This document shows, in pieces, positions 37,538-46,423 of a DNA stretch of 52,510 nt (position 1 is its first letter; each line of letters opens with the position of its first letter). The notes below the pieces were generated by a model that saw only the letters and a list, made by a program, of their open reading frames with translations, was not told the DNA's origin and did not search any database. The DNA comes from Candidatus Micrarchaeota archaeon. Lineage in GTDB: Archaea > Micrarchaeota > Micrarchaeia > Burarchaeales > Fermentimicrarchaeaceae. Made by a program: the position numbers and the translations under genes. The stretch is from the NCBI GenBank assembly GCA_013425335.1, contig JACCLG010000046.1, positions 1 through 52,510 on the forward strand, read 5' to 3'.

Positions 37538-38752
37538 CTAGGAGCCGAAAATCTTTGACTTGCCTGTGTAGCTCAGTATGAGCGGCATCACATCCAAACC
37601 CCTTATATGCCCGAGCCCGCCTGCCATGCACGCTATCTCGTCAAACTTCCTCACGCTGTCCACCCTCACTCCCTCCCCGTATATTACTATTGGGAGCGGG
37701 TCTGCCGAGTGGTTCTTCAACGCGCATGGAGTGCTGTGGTCACCTGTCAGCACGATGTATGCACCGGTTTTCATGAGGTAGCCCACCATCTTGTCTATTT
37801 TCTCAATCATCTTTATTTTCCCATTAACATCCCCGTCGTGGCTGAAATTGTCTGTTGCCTTCACATGTATGAAAACAAAATCGCAGTCGCTCAGAGCGCT
37901 TTTGGCAGCGCTTGCCTTTGCCATGAGGTCAGTGTCCGCAGTCCCTGTTGCGCCCTTCACATCAATAACCTCCATCCCGACAGCCCTCGCAACTCCCTTG
38001 TAGAGCGCGCCTCCTGCCACGCAGGCGCTCTTTATCCCGAATTTCTCCTGCAGCGTGTCCAAACGTGAGTATGCGCCAGCCCCCCTTGCCAAAACTATGT
38101 TGGCAGGAGGCTTCTCCTTCTTCTCCCTCTCAATGTTGATTGGATGCTCCCTCAGAACCTCGTTTGAAAGAGCGGTGAACCTGTTGAGTATGAAGGAAGT
38201 CCTTTTGGCCTCCATTGTGCCGTCAAGAGGCTTTGATTTCAGCACAGCCATTCCTGCCTCATGCGGGTCTACATCAGAGACATTCCTGGAAAGGCCTTCC
38301 CCCCTCAGCACAAGGACGCCCCTGTGCTCTGTGGTTGCCTTGAAGACAATCTCGGTGCTGTCCACCTTCTGGCCGTTGAGCTCCTTGGCAAGCTCTGGAC
38401 CAACCCCGCTTATCCTCCCAGCCCTCCTGTCAGTGACAATCATCCTGTAGTCAACCGTTGCGAAGTTGCACCTGAATGCAATGTCTCCCTCCTCAAGCTC
38501 CAAGCCGGCGCCGAGAGCCTCGTATACGCCTCTCCCTTGGTAGAGTGTGTAAGGGTCATAGCTGAAAAGGGCCAGATGCGCCGTATCGCTGCCAGGGGTT
38601 ATGCCCTGCCCTATTGTGTGCATAAGTCCTGTTATGCCCTTTGATGCAAGGGCATTCATGTTGGGCCTCCTTGCCCTCTGGAGTGGGGTTTTTCCCTTAA
38701 TTTGTCTGTCGCCGAGCCCGTCGCATACCATCAAAATAGCCTTTCCAACCAT
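37538..38752 (-). CDS. apgM: 2,3-BPG-independent phosphoglycerate mutase (archaeal type)
   Basis: DGLGD, TPL, PGSDTAHL, GRG..EA, DRRAGRI, H.K.TD..SHDG, TGDHSTP, HS.DP. Confidence 0.93.
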   Translation of the reverse strand: MVGKAILMVCDGLGDRQIKGKTPLQRARRPNMNALASKGITGLMHTIGQGITPGSDTAHLALFSYDPYTLYQGRGVYEALGAGLELEEGDIAFRCNFATVDYRMIVTDRRAGRISGVGPELAKELNGQKVDSTEIVFKATTEHRGVLVLRGEGLSRNVSDVDPHEAGMAVLKSKPLDGTMEAKRTSFILNRFTALSNEVLREHPINIEREKKEKPPANIVLARGAGAYSRLDTLQEKFGIKSACVAGGALYKGVARAVGMEVIDVKGATGTADTDLMAKASAAKSALSDCDFVFIHVKATDNFSHDGDVNGKIKMIEKIDKMVGYLMKTGAYIVLTGDHSTPCALKNHSADPLPIVIYGEGVRVDSVRKFDEIACMAGGLGHIRGLDVMPLILSYTGKSKIFGS

Positions 38753-38817
38753 AAAACCACCAACAAGTAGTAATTCGAAGTGAAACAATATAAAGATTGT
38801 TCGTAAAAATCATGTTA

Positions 38818-40581
38818 ATGCGAGTCAGCACTGGTCTTCTGGTAAAGATTATTGTAATAGCCGTAATTCTGGCTTTCGTCTTCTTCACAGTGACGCAGAG
38901 GGAATTTCCCAACTGGATTGGGGAGATAAGCAAAAACCCTGAAACGCCAAAGCTGCCATACTACATCTTCAGGACAATGCTGAGGATGATTGCGGCCTAT
39001 ATACTCGTCGTGATTTTCGGCCTTTCCTACGGGATAATCGCAGGCACATACGAGAGGCCAAGGAAGGTGATGATGCCCCTCCTTGACATACTGCAGTCCA
39101 TACCTGTCCTGGGCTACCTGCCTGCAGCCATACTATTCTTTGTTAACGTGTTTCCCGGGGAGCTGGGAGTTGAAATCGCATCCATACTCCTCATCTTCAC
39201 AGGAGAGGCCTGGGCTGTCACCTTCGGGATATTCGGGGCTGTGAGAAACCTGCCCGAGGACCTGAAGACAGTGGGCAAGGCCTTCGGTCTCGGAGGAGTT
39301 GAATACTACAGGAAGTTCCTCCTTCCCTGTATATTTCCTGCCTTCATAACAGGCAGCATACTGGCCTGGGGAGGCGGCTGGTACTTCCTGGTTGCCTGCG
39401 AGTTCATGACCTTTGGAGGCAGGCTCTACACACTTCCAGGGGTGGGCTACTACCTTGCCAATGCGGTCTATGTGCAGCACAGCATCGTATCCGCAATTTT
39501 CGGCCTTATCATTTTCATCCTGCTCATCTTCTCCATAGACAAGCTTGTGTGGACTCCTCTCATGGACTACTCGGAGAAATTCAAGGTTCAGACAGTTGAG
39601 CATGAGCAGTCCTACGCGCAGACTCATTCACTGTTCGTGAATTCATTTCGTTTTGTGGTGCATACCTTCGATGATGTGTGGGAGGGCATCTGCACAATGC
39701 CAATCTTCAAGAAACTCTCCCATGCGCTCAAGCCACCCAGGATTGTATTCAACCTGCAGGTGCCGCAGATAAATGTCAACCCCAGGAGGATGAGGCTCCG
39801 CAATCTTCTGCTTTCCATATTCCTCTTCTCGCTTGTCATGTACTTCCTCGGGCTGTTTGTTGCCGCCTCTGTCCAAAAACCGCTTGCAAATTTGGAGCTC
39901 TCCTTCCAAAACCACCCAGAGGCATACTCCATACCATTTATCACAGTAAGCTCGATACTGAGGATATTTGTTGCCTATGTAATCGCCCTTGTCTGGACCC
40001 TCGCAGCAGCCGTCATCATCACAAGGAGCAAAACCCTTTCACGGTTATTCCTGCCGCTTTTCGACATAGGGCAGTCAATACCTGCATTGGCTCTCTTCCC
40101 TTTCATAGTTATAGTGGTCTTCAAGTATTTCGGGACAGGCGAACTCGGAGTGGAGATTGCCTCGGTGATTCTGCTTCTCACAGGAACGCAGTGGTATCTG
40201 CTCTTCAACATCATAGGTGCCATAAAGCACATACCCGGAGATGTTATTGAGGCTGCCAACTCCTTTGGAATAAAGGACTGGAAGTTCGTGAGGTATGTCA
40301 TTCTCCCTGCAATATTCCCAGGCATAGTTGTCGGGAGCATACAGGCGTGGGGAGGCGCGTGGAATGCAACCATAGTGAGCGAGTACATCAACTACGGGGG
40401 GCAGATATACTCCGTGAACGGGCTTGGGGCTTTCATAAGCCGGGCCACAGGAGAGTGGGGGGACCCCTGGCTCATCACCATTGCCATAGCAACCATGTCG
40501 CTCACAATAATACTCCTCAACCGCTTCGTGTGGAGCTACCTCTTTGGAAAGGCAGAAAGATATAAATTTGAGATGACTTAA
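38818..40581 (+). CDS. ABC transporter permease, duplicated NitT/TauT-type
   Basis: Two DILQSIP/DIGQSIP TM modules; start could also be 38812. Confidence 0.88.
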   Translation: MRVSTGLLVKIIVIAVILAFVFFTVTQREFPNWIGEISKNPETPKLPYYIFRTMLRMIAAYILVVIFGLSYGIIAGTYERPRKVMMPLLDILQSIPVLGYLPAAILFFVNVFPGELGVEIASILLIFTGEAWAVTFGIFGAVRNLPEDLKTVGKAFGLGGVEYYRKFLLPCIFPAFITGSILAWGGGWYFLVACEFMTFGGRLYTLPGVGYYLANAVYVQHSIVSAIFGLIIFILLIFSIDKLVWTPLMDYSEKFKVQTVEHEQSYAQTHSLFVNSFRFVVHTFDDVWEGICTMPIFKKLSHALKPPRIVFNLQVPQINVNPRRMRLRNLLLSIFLFSLVMYFLGLFVAASVQKPLANLELSFQNHPEAYSIPFITVSSILRIFVAYVIALVWTLAAAVIITRSKTLSRLFLPLFDIGQSIPALALFPFIVIVVFKYFGTGELGVEIASVILLLTGTQWYLLFNIIGAIKHIPGDVIEAANSFGIKDWKFVRYVILPAIFPGIVVGSIQAWGGAWNATIVSEYINYGGQIYSVNGLGAFISRATGEWGDPWLITIAIATMSLTIILLNRFVWSYLFGKAERYKFEMT

Positions 40582-40596
40582 ACCTAGAGTGGAAAC

Positions 40597-41364
40597 ATGG
40601 CTCCGATACTAAGCGTACAGAACCTCAGCAAATCCTTCACGCAGGACGGGGGCAAGATGAAGGTTCTCAACAACATCACCTTTGACGTTCAGGAGCATGA
40701 GTTCATCTGCATTGTGGGGCAGAGCGGCTGCGGCAAGTCAACCCTTCTCAGGATAATTGCAGGCCTGGACAAGCCGACCTCTGGGGATGTGCTCTTCAAG
40801 GGCGAGCCAATAGACGGGCCCGACCCTCGCAGGGCGACCATGATATTCCAGACGTTTGCTCTTTTCCCGTGGCTCGATGTGCGCGAGAATGTGGAGCTGG
40901 CGCTTGAAGTCCTAGGGATGCCGAAAATAAAGAGGCATGCGATTGCGAGCCACTACCTGCGAATCAACGAACTTGAGAAATTCCAGAACTCCTACCCCTC
41001 CGAGCTTTCAGGAGGGATGAAGCAAAGAGTGGGCATCGCCCGGGCTTTGGCAGTTGAGCCTGAGATACTCCTCATGGACGAGCCCTTCTCAGCTCTTGAT
41101 GCTCTCACAGCGCAGACTCTGAGGAACGATGTGCTTGATATATGGAGGGACACCAGAATACCTACGAACACCTTCCTCATGATAACTCATCTTATTGAAG
41201 AAGCGGTGTTCATGGCAGACAGGGTGATTGTGCTCTCAAAAAGGCCTGCCAAAGTAATAGGCGACATACCAATAGACATACCGAGGCCAAGGACACAGCA
41301 TGAAAGGGACCCTGCCTTCTATGAGATATCGGACAGGATAAAGAAGCTCATAATGGCGGAATAG
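40597..41364 (+). CDS. ABC transporter ATP-binding protein (NitT/TauT family)
   Basis: GQSGCGKST, LSGGMKQR, LLMDEPFSALD, ITH. Confidence 0.93.
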   Translation: MAPILSVQNLSKSFTQDGGKMKVLNNITFDVQEHEFICIVGQSGCGKSTLLRIIAGLDKPTSGDVLFKGEPIDGPDPRRATMIFQTFALFPWLDVRENVELALEVLGMPKIKRHAIASHYLRINELEKFQNSYPSELSGGMKQRVGIARALAVEPEILLMDEPFSALDALTAQTLRNDVLDIWRDTRIPTNTFLMITHLIEEAVFMADRVIVLSKRPAKVIGDIPIDIPRPRTQHERDPAFYEISDRIKKLIMAE

Positions 41365-42378
41365 CTACCTGCACCTTCTTGTATCCAAATTGCATGACGA
41401 GCCTGGGCAATTCCAGTCGCCCTGGCACTGCGTGTTCAAAAGTGATACGCAGGTATACAGCTCGGCATCGCCTGGCACCAGGTCGCACCTCTGGGTTGAG
41501 GAGCAGTCAGCATCGCTGGCGCACATTCCCGCCCTTGTGACGCACTGGTGGCTGCTGCACGTCTGCCACCCTCCGCACTCGCTGTCAAGGTTGCACATGC
41601 CCTCCCTTGTCATGCATATGTGGTTGGCAGGGTCGCAAACCTGCCAGCTCTGGCAGTCCCTCGTGTCTGTGCAGTTACCTCTGTTTGCCTTGCAGAGCAA
41701 AGCCTGCTGGTCGCACGTCTGCCAGCTCTGGCAGTATGAGTCGTTTATGCAGTATCCTGCCATGAGGGCGCATTTGTGGTCTGACCCGCACGTGAATCTT
41801 GGGTCGCAGTCATAGTTGCTGTTGCAGAACCCAGCCTTTGCATTGCAGAAGTGGGTAGTGGCGTTGCATATTTCCCATCTCTGGCACTCGGAATCCTCCA
41901 TGCAGTAGCCGATATTTGCAGCGCAGAGATGCGTCTCGTTGTTGCAGTTCTGCCAGTTGGCGCAGTCATAGTCGTCTGAGCAGAAGTCAGCCTTTGCAAT
42001 GCAGATGTGCTTTGTCAGGTCGCACTCCTCCCAGCGGTTGCAGACTGCGTCGTCATCGCACCTGCCCGTGAGCGGGCTGCATTTCTGTGTTGAATTGTCG
42101 CAGAACTGCCAGTCCCTACAGTCATAATTGTCAAGGCAGTAGCCGCCCTTGTACGCGCATTTGTGGGTAGTCAAATCGCAGCCTTTCTTGGGGTCTGTGC
42201 AACCTGCGTCTGCAATGCAGTAGCCAGTCCCGGTGACGCACTTGCTTGTCTTTGTGTCGCACACCTGCCAGCTCGAGCAGTCCTTGTCCTGGGCGCATGT
42301 TTTTGCCGGAGTCTGCAGGCATCCGAAAATAGCGAGTGAAACCATTAGCAGAAGAACAATCATGATAGTGTTTCTCAT
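41365..42378 (-). CDS. Cysteine-rich repeat lipoprotein
   Basis: Signal peptide with IFGC; about 12 repeats of C..D.DC..WQ.CD..T..C....G. Confidence 0.8.
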   Translation of the reverse strand: MRNTIMIVLLLMVSLAIFGCLQTPAKTCAQDKDCSSWQVCDTKTSKCVTGTGYCIADAGCTDPKKGCDLTTHKCAYKGGYCLDNYDCRDWQFCDNSTQKCSPLTGRCDDDAVCNRWEECDLTKHICIAKADFCSDDYDCANWQNCNNETHLCAANIGYCMEDSECQRWEICNATTHFCNAKAGFCNSNYDCDPRFTCGSDHKCALMAGYCINDSYCQSWQTCDQQALLCKANRGNCTDTRDCQSWQVCDPANHICMTREGMCNLDSECGGWQTCSSHQCVTRAGMCASDADCSSTQRCDLVPGDAELYTCVSLLNTQCQGDWNCPGSSCNLDTRRCR

Positions 42379-42566
42379 CCCATCACTCCTTGGTACACTT
42401 CTAAAATTATTGCTCAATTTTGATTTATAAAGGTTATGTCTCTACCTGTCAGATACGTTATTTAAGCAGGGAATTTGCCAACCATGCCGGGAGGAAAACC
42501 GTAAATGCGGAAGGTATACGACTTGCAAGGTAAATGCTTAAAAGGCGGAAATGAGCAAATTAATGG

Positions 42567-43268
42567 GTGATGTTTATGGGCGACAATGTGGGAGGTTCCT
42601 CAGGAGGAGAAGTAGGGGATGGGATTAGAGCTACTAGGGAGCCAGTAGCACTGAAAACAAAGGAAGAGAAGCCGATGATGCTCGGAAAGATGAAGGTTGA
42701 GTTTGTTGATTCTGCAGGCTTGAAGAAACAACATGATTTTGATATTGTTGGATGGCGAGCGGACCTACTGGGTAAAGAAGAGAGAGTGGTCATGGGAAAG
42801 AGGACAGCTGGAAGCTTCTTAAGGGATACCGGATTACACCCCGGGGGAAAGAATTTAAAGGAGAGGGTATACGCAAATGAGTCGGTGCTGCTGGCTACTC
42901 CAACACTTCAAGGTAAACTGACTAATGATGAAATTTCAAAAAAAACACTGGGAGTAGGATTTAGATATGTGTATGAAACTGACGATAAAAATGCCGTCAA
43001 TTCAGCTGACTTATTGTCATCGTATCAGGTGAATATAGCACTCAAGCTGGGAGAGGACGGGAAGTTCCAACGTCCTTCTTCTGTGAAACTATCCTATGAC
43101 TCTGGCGGCCGAACAATAGACCTTGATAGAATCCAGGAGCTGGTGGATGAAATCAACAAGCTTTTCAAGGAATCGGCTGAAATCAGGGCATGGTTCAAGA
43201 AAGATACGGGGCTGGAATGGGGAGTCAAGGGAAACACTGAAGAATTCAAAAAGCACAGCCAGAAATAA
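42567..43268 (+). CDS. Hypothetical protein
   Basis: Open frame with GGTGA signal; start uncertain (42576 likely). Confidence 0.55.
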   Translation: MMFMGDNVGGSSGGEVGDGIRATREPVALKTKEEKPMMLGKMKVEFVDSAGLKKQHDFDIVGWRADLLGKEERVVMGKRTAGSFLRDTGLHPGGKNLKERVYANESVLLATPTLQGKLTNDEISKKTLGVGFRYVYETDDKNAVNSADLLSSYQVNIALKLGEDGKFQRPSSVKLSYDSGGRTIDLDRIQELVDEINKLFKESAEIRAWFKKDTGLEWGVKGNTEEFKKHSQK

Positions 43269-43399
43269 GCTGCCCCGAAGCAGGAAGGTAGAGGAAACCT
43301 GCAGGGTTTCTCTTGGGAGGTTATAAGGAACCGTGAGGTTCCTCTTGAGGCAGAAAGGCTTATATACCTAATTATAGATAATTCTATAGGTGGTTATAG

Positions 43400-43639
43400 A
43401 TGAACTATACAAGTATTCAAATCTCTCCGGAAACGAGGGCAAAGCTGGGCAAGTTCAAGGAGTACACAAGGGAGACCTACGACGAAGTGCTGAACAAGCT
43501 CATGTCTATTGTGGAACTCGCAAGGGATGAGGGAAAGCTCAGCGATGAAACACTTCAGGACATCGCGGAAGCCAAGAAGCAGTATGCCAGCGGGAAAACA
43601 TTCTCAACCAAGGAAGTGCTGGAGAAGCTCGGTGTCTAG
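43400..43639 (+). CDS. Antitoxin, RHH-like
   Basis: TSIQIS.ETR.KL..K....ETYDEVL; abuts relE. Confidence 0.8.
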   Translation: MNYTSIQISPETRAKLGKFKEYTRETYDEVLNKLMSIVELARDEGKLSDETLQDIAEAKKQYASGKTFSTKEVLEKLGV

Positions 43640-43891
43640 ATGACTTACGAACTTGTCTGGACGCCAAAATCACTCCAGAGGCTGAGGGAGCTCGACAGGA
43701 AAACTGCCCTCCGCATTGCGGAGAAGCTCGAGGGGGCAAAGGAGTTCCCGCACCATTTCTTCATAAAGCTGGCCGATGCCGATTCCTGGAGGATGCGCAT
43801 CGGGGACTACAGGGTGATATGCTTCATTGAGGATAAGGAGAGGAAGCTTGTCGTGGAAACGCTGGGGCACAGGAAGAAAATCTACAAATGA
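43640..43891 (+). CDS. relE: RelE/ParE family toxin
   Basis: WRMRIGDYRVI...LGHRKKIY. Confidence 0.9.
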   Translation: MTYELVWTPKSLQRLRELDRKTALRIAEKLEGAKEFPHHFFIKLADADSWRMRIGDYRVICFIEDKERKLVVETLGHRKKIYK

Positions 43892-44045
43892 GCAGGCGGC
43901 AGGGGGTGGAGGGAACCGCCAGGTTCCTCTTTTGGGCAATCCCGAGCCATCCAGTCTTTTCAGGTGATGCAGAGCTATTTAAAGAGTGAAAGACAAAACA
44001 TCAATGCCAATGAAGACAGCATACGAGGCAATTATAATCTAAGAG

Positions 44046-44543
44046 TTGATGCTCATGGCGCATGGAGCCGAGGTACCTTATTGGATTTATGCACCGCACA
44101 CGGAGAAAAAGGAACTGGTGCTGGTTGCAGGGCAGAATTTCAAGGATGCTATCGTCACAAAGCGGGCGGACGGGACTTGGAAGGGGAGCGGCCTTTATGA
44201 GAGGGAAGAGGCCGGCCTCAAGGTGCCAATTGAAATTCGCATAAGCTACGAGAAGAAGCTTTCCGAGAAGCACGGTGCGGTAAGGGTTGTAGTGGAATTC
44301 AAGGATGAGAAATACGGGAAACTGGACAAATTCGACCTGACCTTCAGGGAGGGGGGGCTGCCGAGGCGCTGGAAGCTGGAAACGCCGCATGAAACTCCTC
44401 TGGGTGAAGCGGTGAAGACGCCCGAGTGGGAGCGGATGCTGAAGGGCTTTTTGGAATACGATACCGCAGGGGAATGGCTGAAGATGAGGAAAAAGGAGCT
44501 TCTTGACGGGAAAATCATCTCACAAGGCCTCAGGCGGGAGTGA
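44046..44543 (+). CDS. Hypothetical protein
   Basis: 165-aa ORF; start uncertain. Confidence 0.5.
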   Translation: MMLMAHGAEVPYWIYAPHTEKKELVLVAGQNFKDAIVTKRADGTWKGSGLYEREEAGLKVPIEIRISYEKKLSEKHGAVRVVVEFKDEKYGKLDKFDLTFREGGLPRRWKLETPHETPLGEAVKTPEWERMLKGFLEYDTAGEWLKMRKKELLDGKIISQGLRRE

Positions 44544-44584
44544 ACTGCGTATGCCTATTTAAGCGGGGAATTCGCAATATTAAT

Positions 44585-44643
44585 GCCGATGACGACATGA
44601 ACAACCACTGATACAACATGATGAGGTCAACAGCGTCCGAGGC
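44585..44643 (+). ncRNA. Box C/D guide sRNA
   Basis: GCC stem, C ATGACGA (44589), 12-nt guide, D' CTGA (44608), C' ATGATGA (44618), 12-nt guide, D CCGA (44637), GGC; TATTTAA about 25 nt upstream. Confidence 0.8.
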
Positions 44644-44877
44644 CTTGTTGATTTTACGACGGAGAATTACATTAATACCGAGGATACGCTGACCTCATCA
44701 TCTTTTTAAGATTGCTTTGACTTTATGTAACTCCGTACCGTCTTTTCATCTATTCAAAAGAAGGAAGAGCGAATTCCTCTCTTGCTTTAAGAATTTCTCT
44801 AAAATCTTTCTTGCTCACTCCAAGCTTCATTTCCGCAAGTTCCTCCGCAACACTAAACTCCACCTTCTCAAGCAATA

Positions 44878-46149
44878 TTATGTCTGTTTGGGACTTTCGT
44901 ATTTCTGAATCAACAGCTCATATTCTGGTGAGAAAAACGTCCTAACAACCTCGAATGCATGGACCCTTCCTTCGAATGTGAGTGCGAGTCTATCGGATGT
45001 CGCCTCAACGTATCCCTTCCTTTCGAGTTTGCAAATTTGATTTTGAAAAACAATCTCCATTGGCATTCCAAACATTGATTCGAATACTTTGTTGTCCACC
45101 TGCAGGAATAGCAGCTGCTTTGCGACATATCTCACCATCCGTTCATGCGCGGTAAGCTTTTTCCCAAGTTCTACCGGCATTTTTCCGTCTGCGAGCAGCT
45201 CCAGATATCGCGCGGATGCCTTTACATTACGGTACACGAATCCGTCATAGTAGGAGAACGCTCCGGCCCCGAGCCCTATCACAGAGTGCCCTGCCACATA
45301 GAGCCCATACCTGTTCTCATGCCTCCTCACGCACGCCTGGTCTATCGAATAGCGCGAAAAGCCGTTTTTTGAAATCGCCTCATCCGTTATTTCAATCATC
45401 CGCCTCAAATCATCAAGTAGCGGCATTCGCCCGACCCGCCCTTCATTAACATGGCGGTAGAGCGGCAAGACTGGAACCAGGTCAAGGGCGTATATGCTCA
45501 AGTGCTGCGCGCCGGTAGAAAAGAAAACTGCGATGTCGTTCTCCCACGCGGTTGTCGTTTGTCCCGGGCGGGCGTAAAGCAGGTCAACGTTCACGTCCAG
45601 CCCCCCCGATTGCGCCATCGAAATTGCTGTTTTTGCCTGGGTCGAGGTGTGCGAACACCCGAGCGAGCGCAGCCCTTCAGGTTCAAAAGTTTGCACCCCA
45701 AAGCTTACGCGTGAAACGCCCATTTTGGCGAGACCGCCTAAAAACGCCTCGCTCGCTGAACTTGGGTTCGCCTCAACGGTTATCTGACAGTCTTCTGAGA
45801 AGTCAAATGTCTTCCTGGCATTGTCGATTAGTCCTTGGATGGATGAGACTGGGAGAAGGGAAGGCGTTCCGCCCCCGACGTACACGCATTCTATGCGCGC
45901 GGAAGAATGCCTCCGGCTATTTGCAACTAGCCTCATTTCTTTTTCAACGCCCTTCACATAAGCTTCAAGATGCTCTTTCCCCTTGGGGATTTCCTTGGTA
46001 AATGGGCAGTAATAGCAGAAGCGGCTGCAGAAAGGTATGTTTATGTATAACGCCGTATGGGTCGGCCCGCTAATGTCTTCCCATCCGGCCCTCGGCAAGG
46101 CCGGCGGATAATCATAGAACCTCCCAATGCTCGTTGTCATTCGTTTCAT
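44878..46149 (-). CDS. HemN-like (class C methyltransferase-type) radical SAM enzyme
   Basis: LYINIPFCSRFCYYCPF, YVGGGTPS, EANP, RVSFGVQTF, NVDLLY..PGQ, GLGAGA. Confidence 0.88.
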   Translation of the reverse strand: MKRMTTSIGRFYDYPPALPRAGWEDISGPTHTALYINIPFCSRFCYYCPFTKEIPKGKEHLEAYVKGVEKEMRLVANSRRHSSARIECVYVGGGTPSLLPVSSIQGLIDNARKTFDFSEDCQITVEANPSSASEAFLGGLAKMGVSRVSFGVQTFEPEGLRSLGCSHTSTQAKTAISMAQSGGLDVNVDLLYARPGQTTTAWENDIAVFFSTGAQHLSIYALDLVPVLPLYRHVNEGRVGRMPLLDDLRRMIEITDEAISKNGFSRYSIDQACVRRHENRYGLYVAGHSVIGLGAGAFSYYDGFVYRNVKASARYLELLADGKMPVELGKKLTAHERMVRYVAKQLLFLQVDNKVFESMFGMPMEIVFQNQICKLERKGYVEATSDRLALTFEGRVHAFEVVRTFFSPEYELLIQKYESPKQT

Positions 46150-46157
46150 CCCAGTTA

Positions 46158-46209
46158 ATTTCTTAAATAAAAAACAAAGAAAGAAGCGAGAAAGACTGTC
46201 CTCTCCGCT
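46158..46209 (-). terminator. Hairpin plus U-tract between the peptide gene and the radical SAM gene
   Basis: AGCGGAGAG...CTTTCTCGCT followed by TCTTTCTTTGTTTTTT on the minus strand. Confidence 0.55.
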
Positions 46210-46213
46210 ATCC

Positions 46214-46261
46214 TTAACCCATGAAATGGACTAGCTCCACTTTGATTCCATCATATTCCAT
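46214..46261 (-). CDS. 15-aa peptide MEYDGIKVELVHFMG (candidate RiPP precursor or leader peptide)
   Basis: Perfect GGAGGTGA SD 5 nt before the ATG; directly upstream of the radical SAM gene. Confidence 0.7.
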   Translation of the reverse strand: MEYDGIKVELVHFMG

Positions 46262-46423
46262 CGTTTTCACCTCCGATAAATTTTTTTCGGACTAGAGCCC
46301 AAAGAAAGGCATGACGGGATGCTTGTTCCGCCATGCGACATTTTCTACTGGCCCGAATGGGATATGTTTATAAATGCCAATTATATAATTATTATGCATA
46401 AAATAAAGCAAATTTAATTAGAA

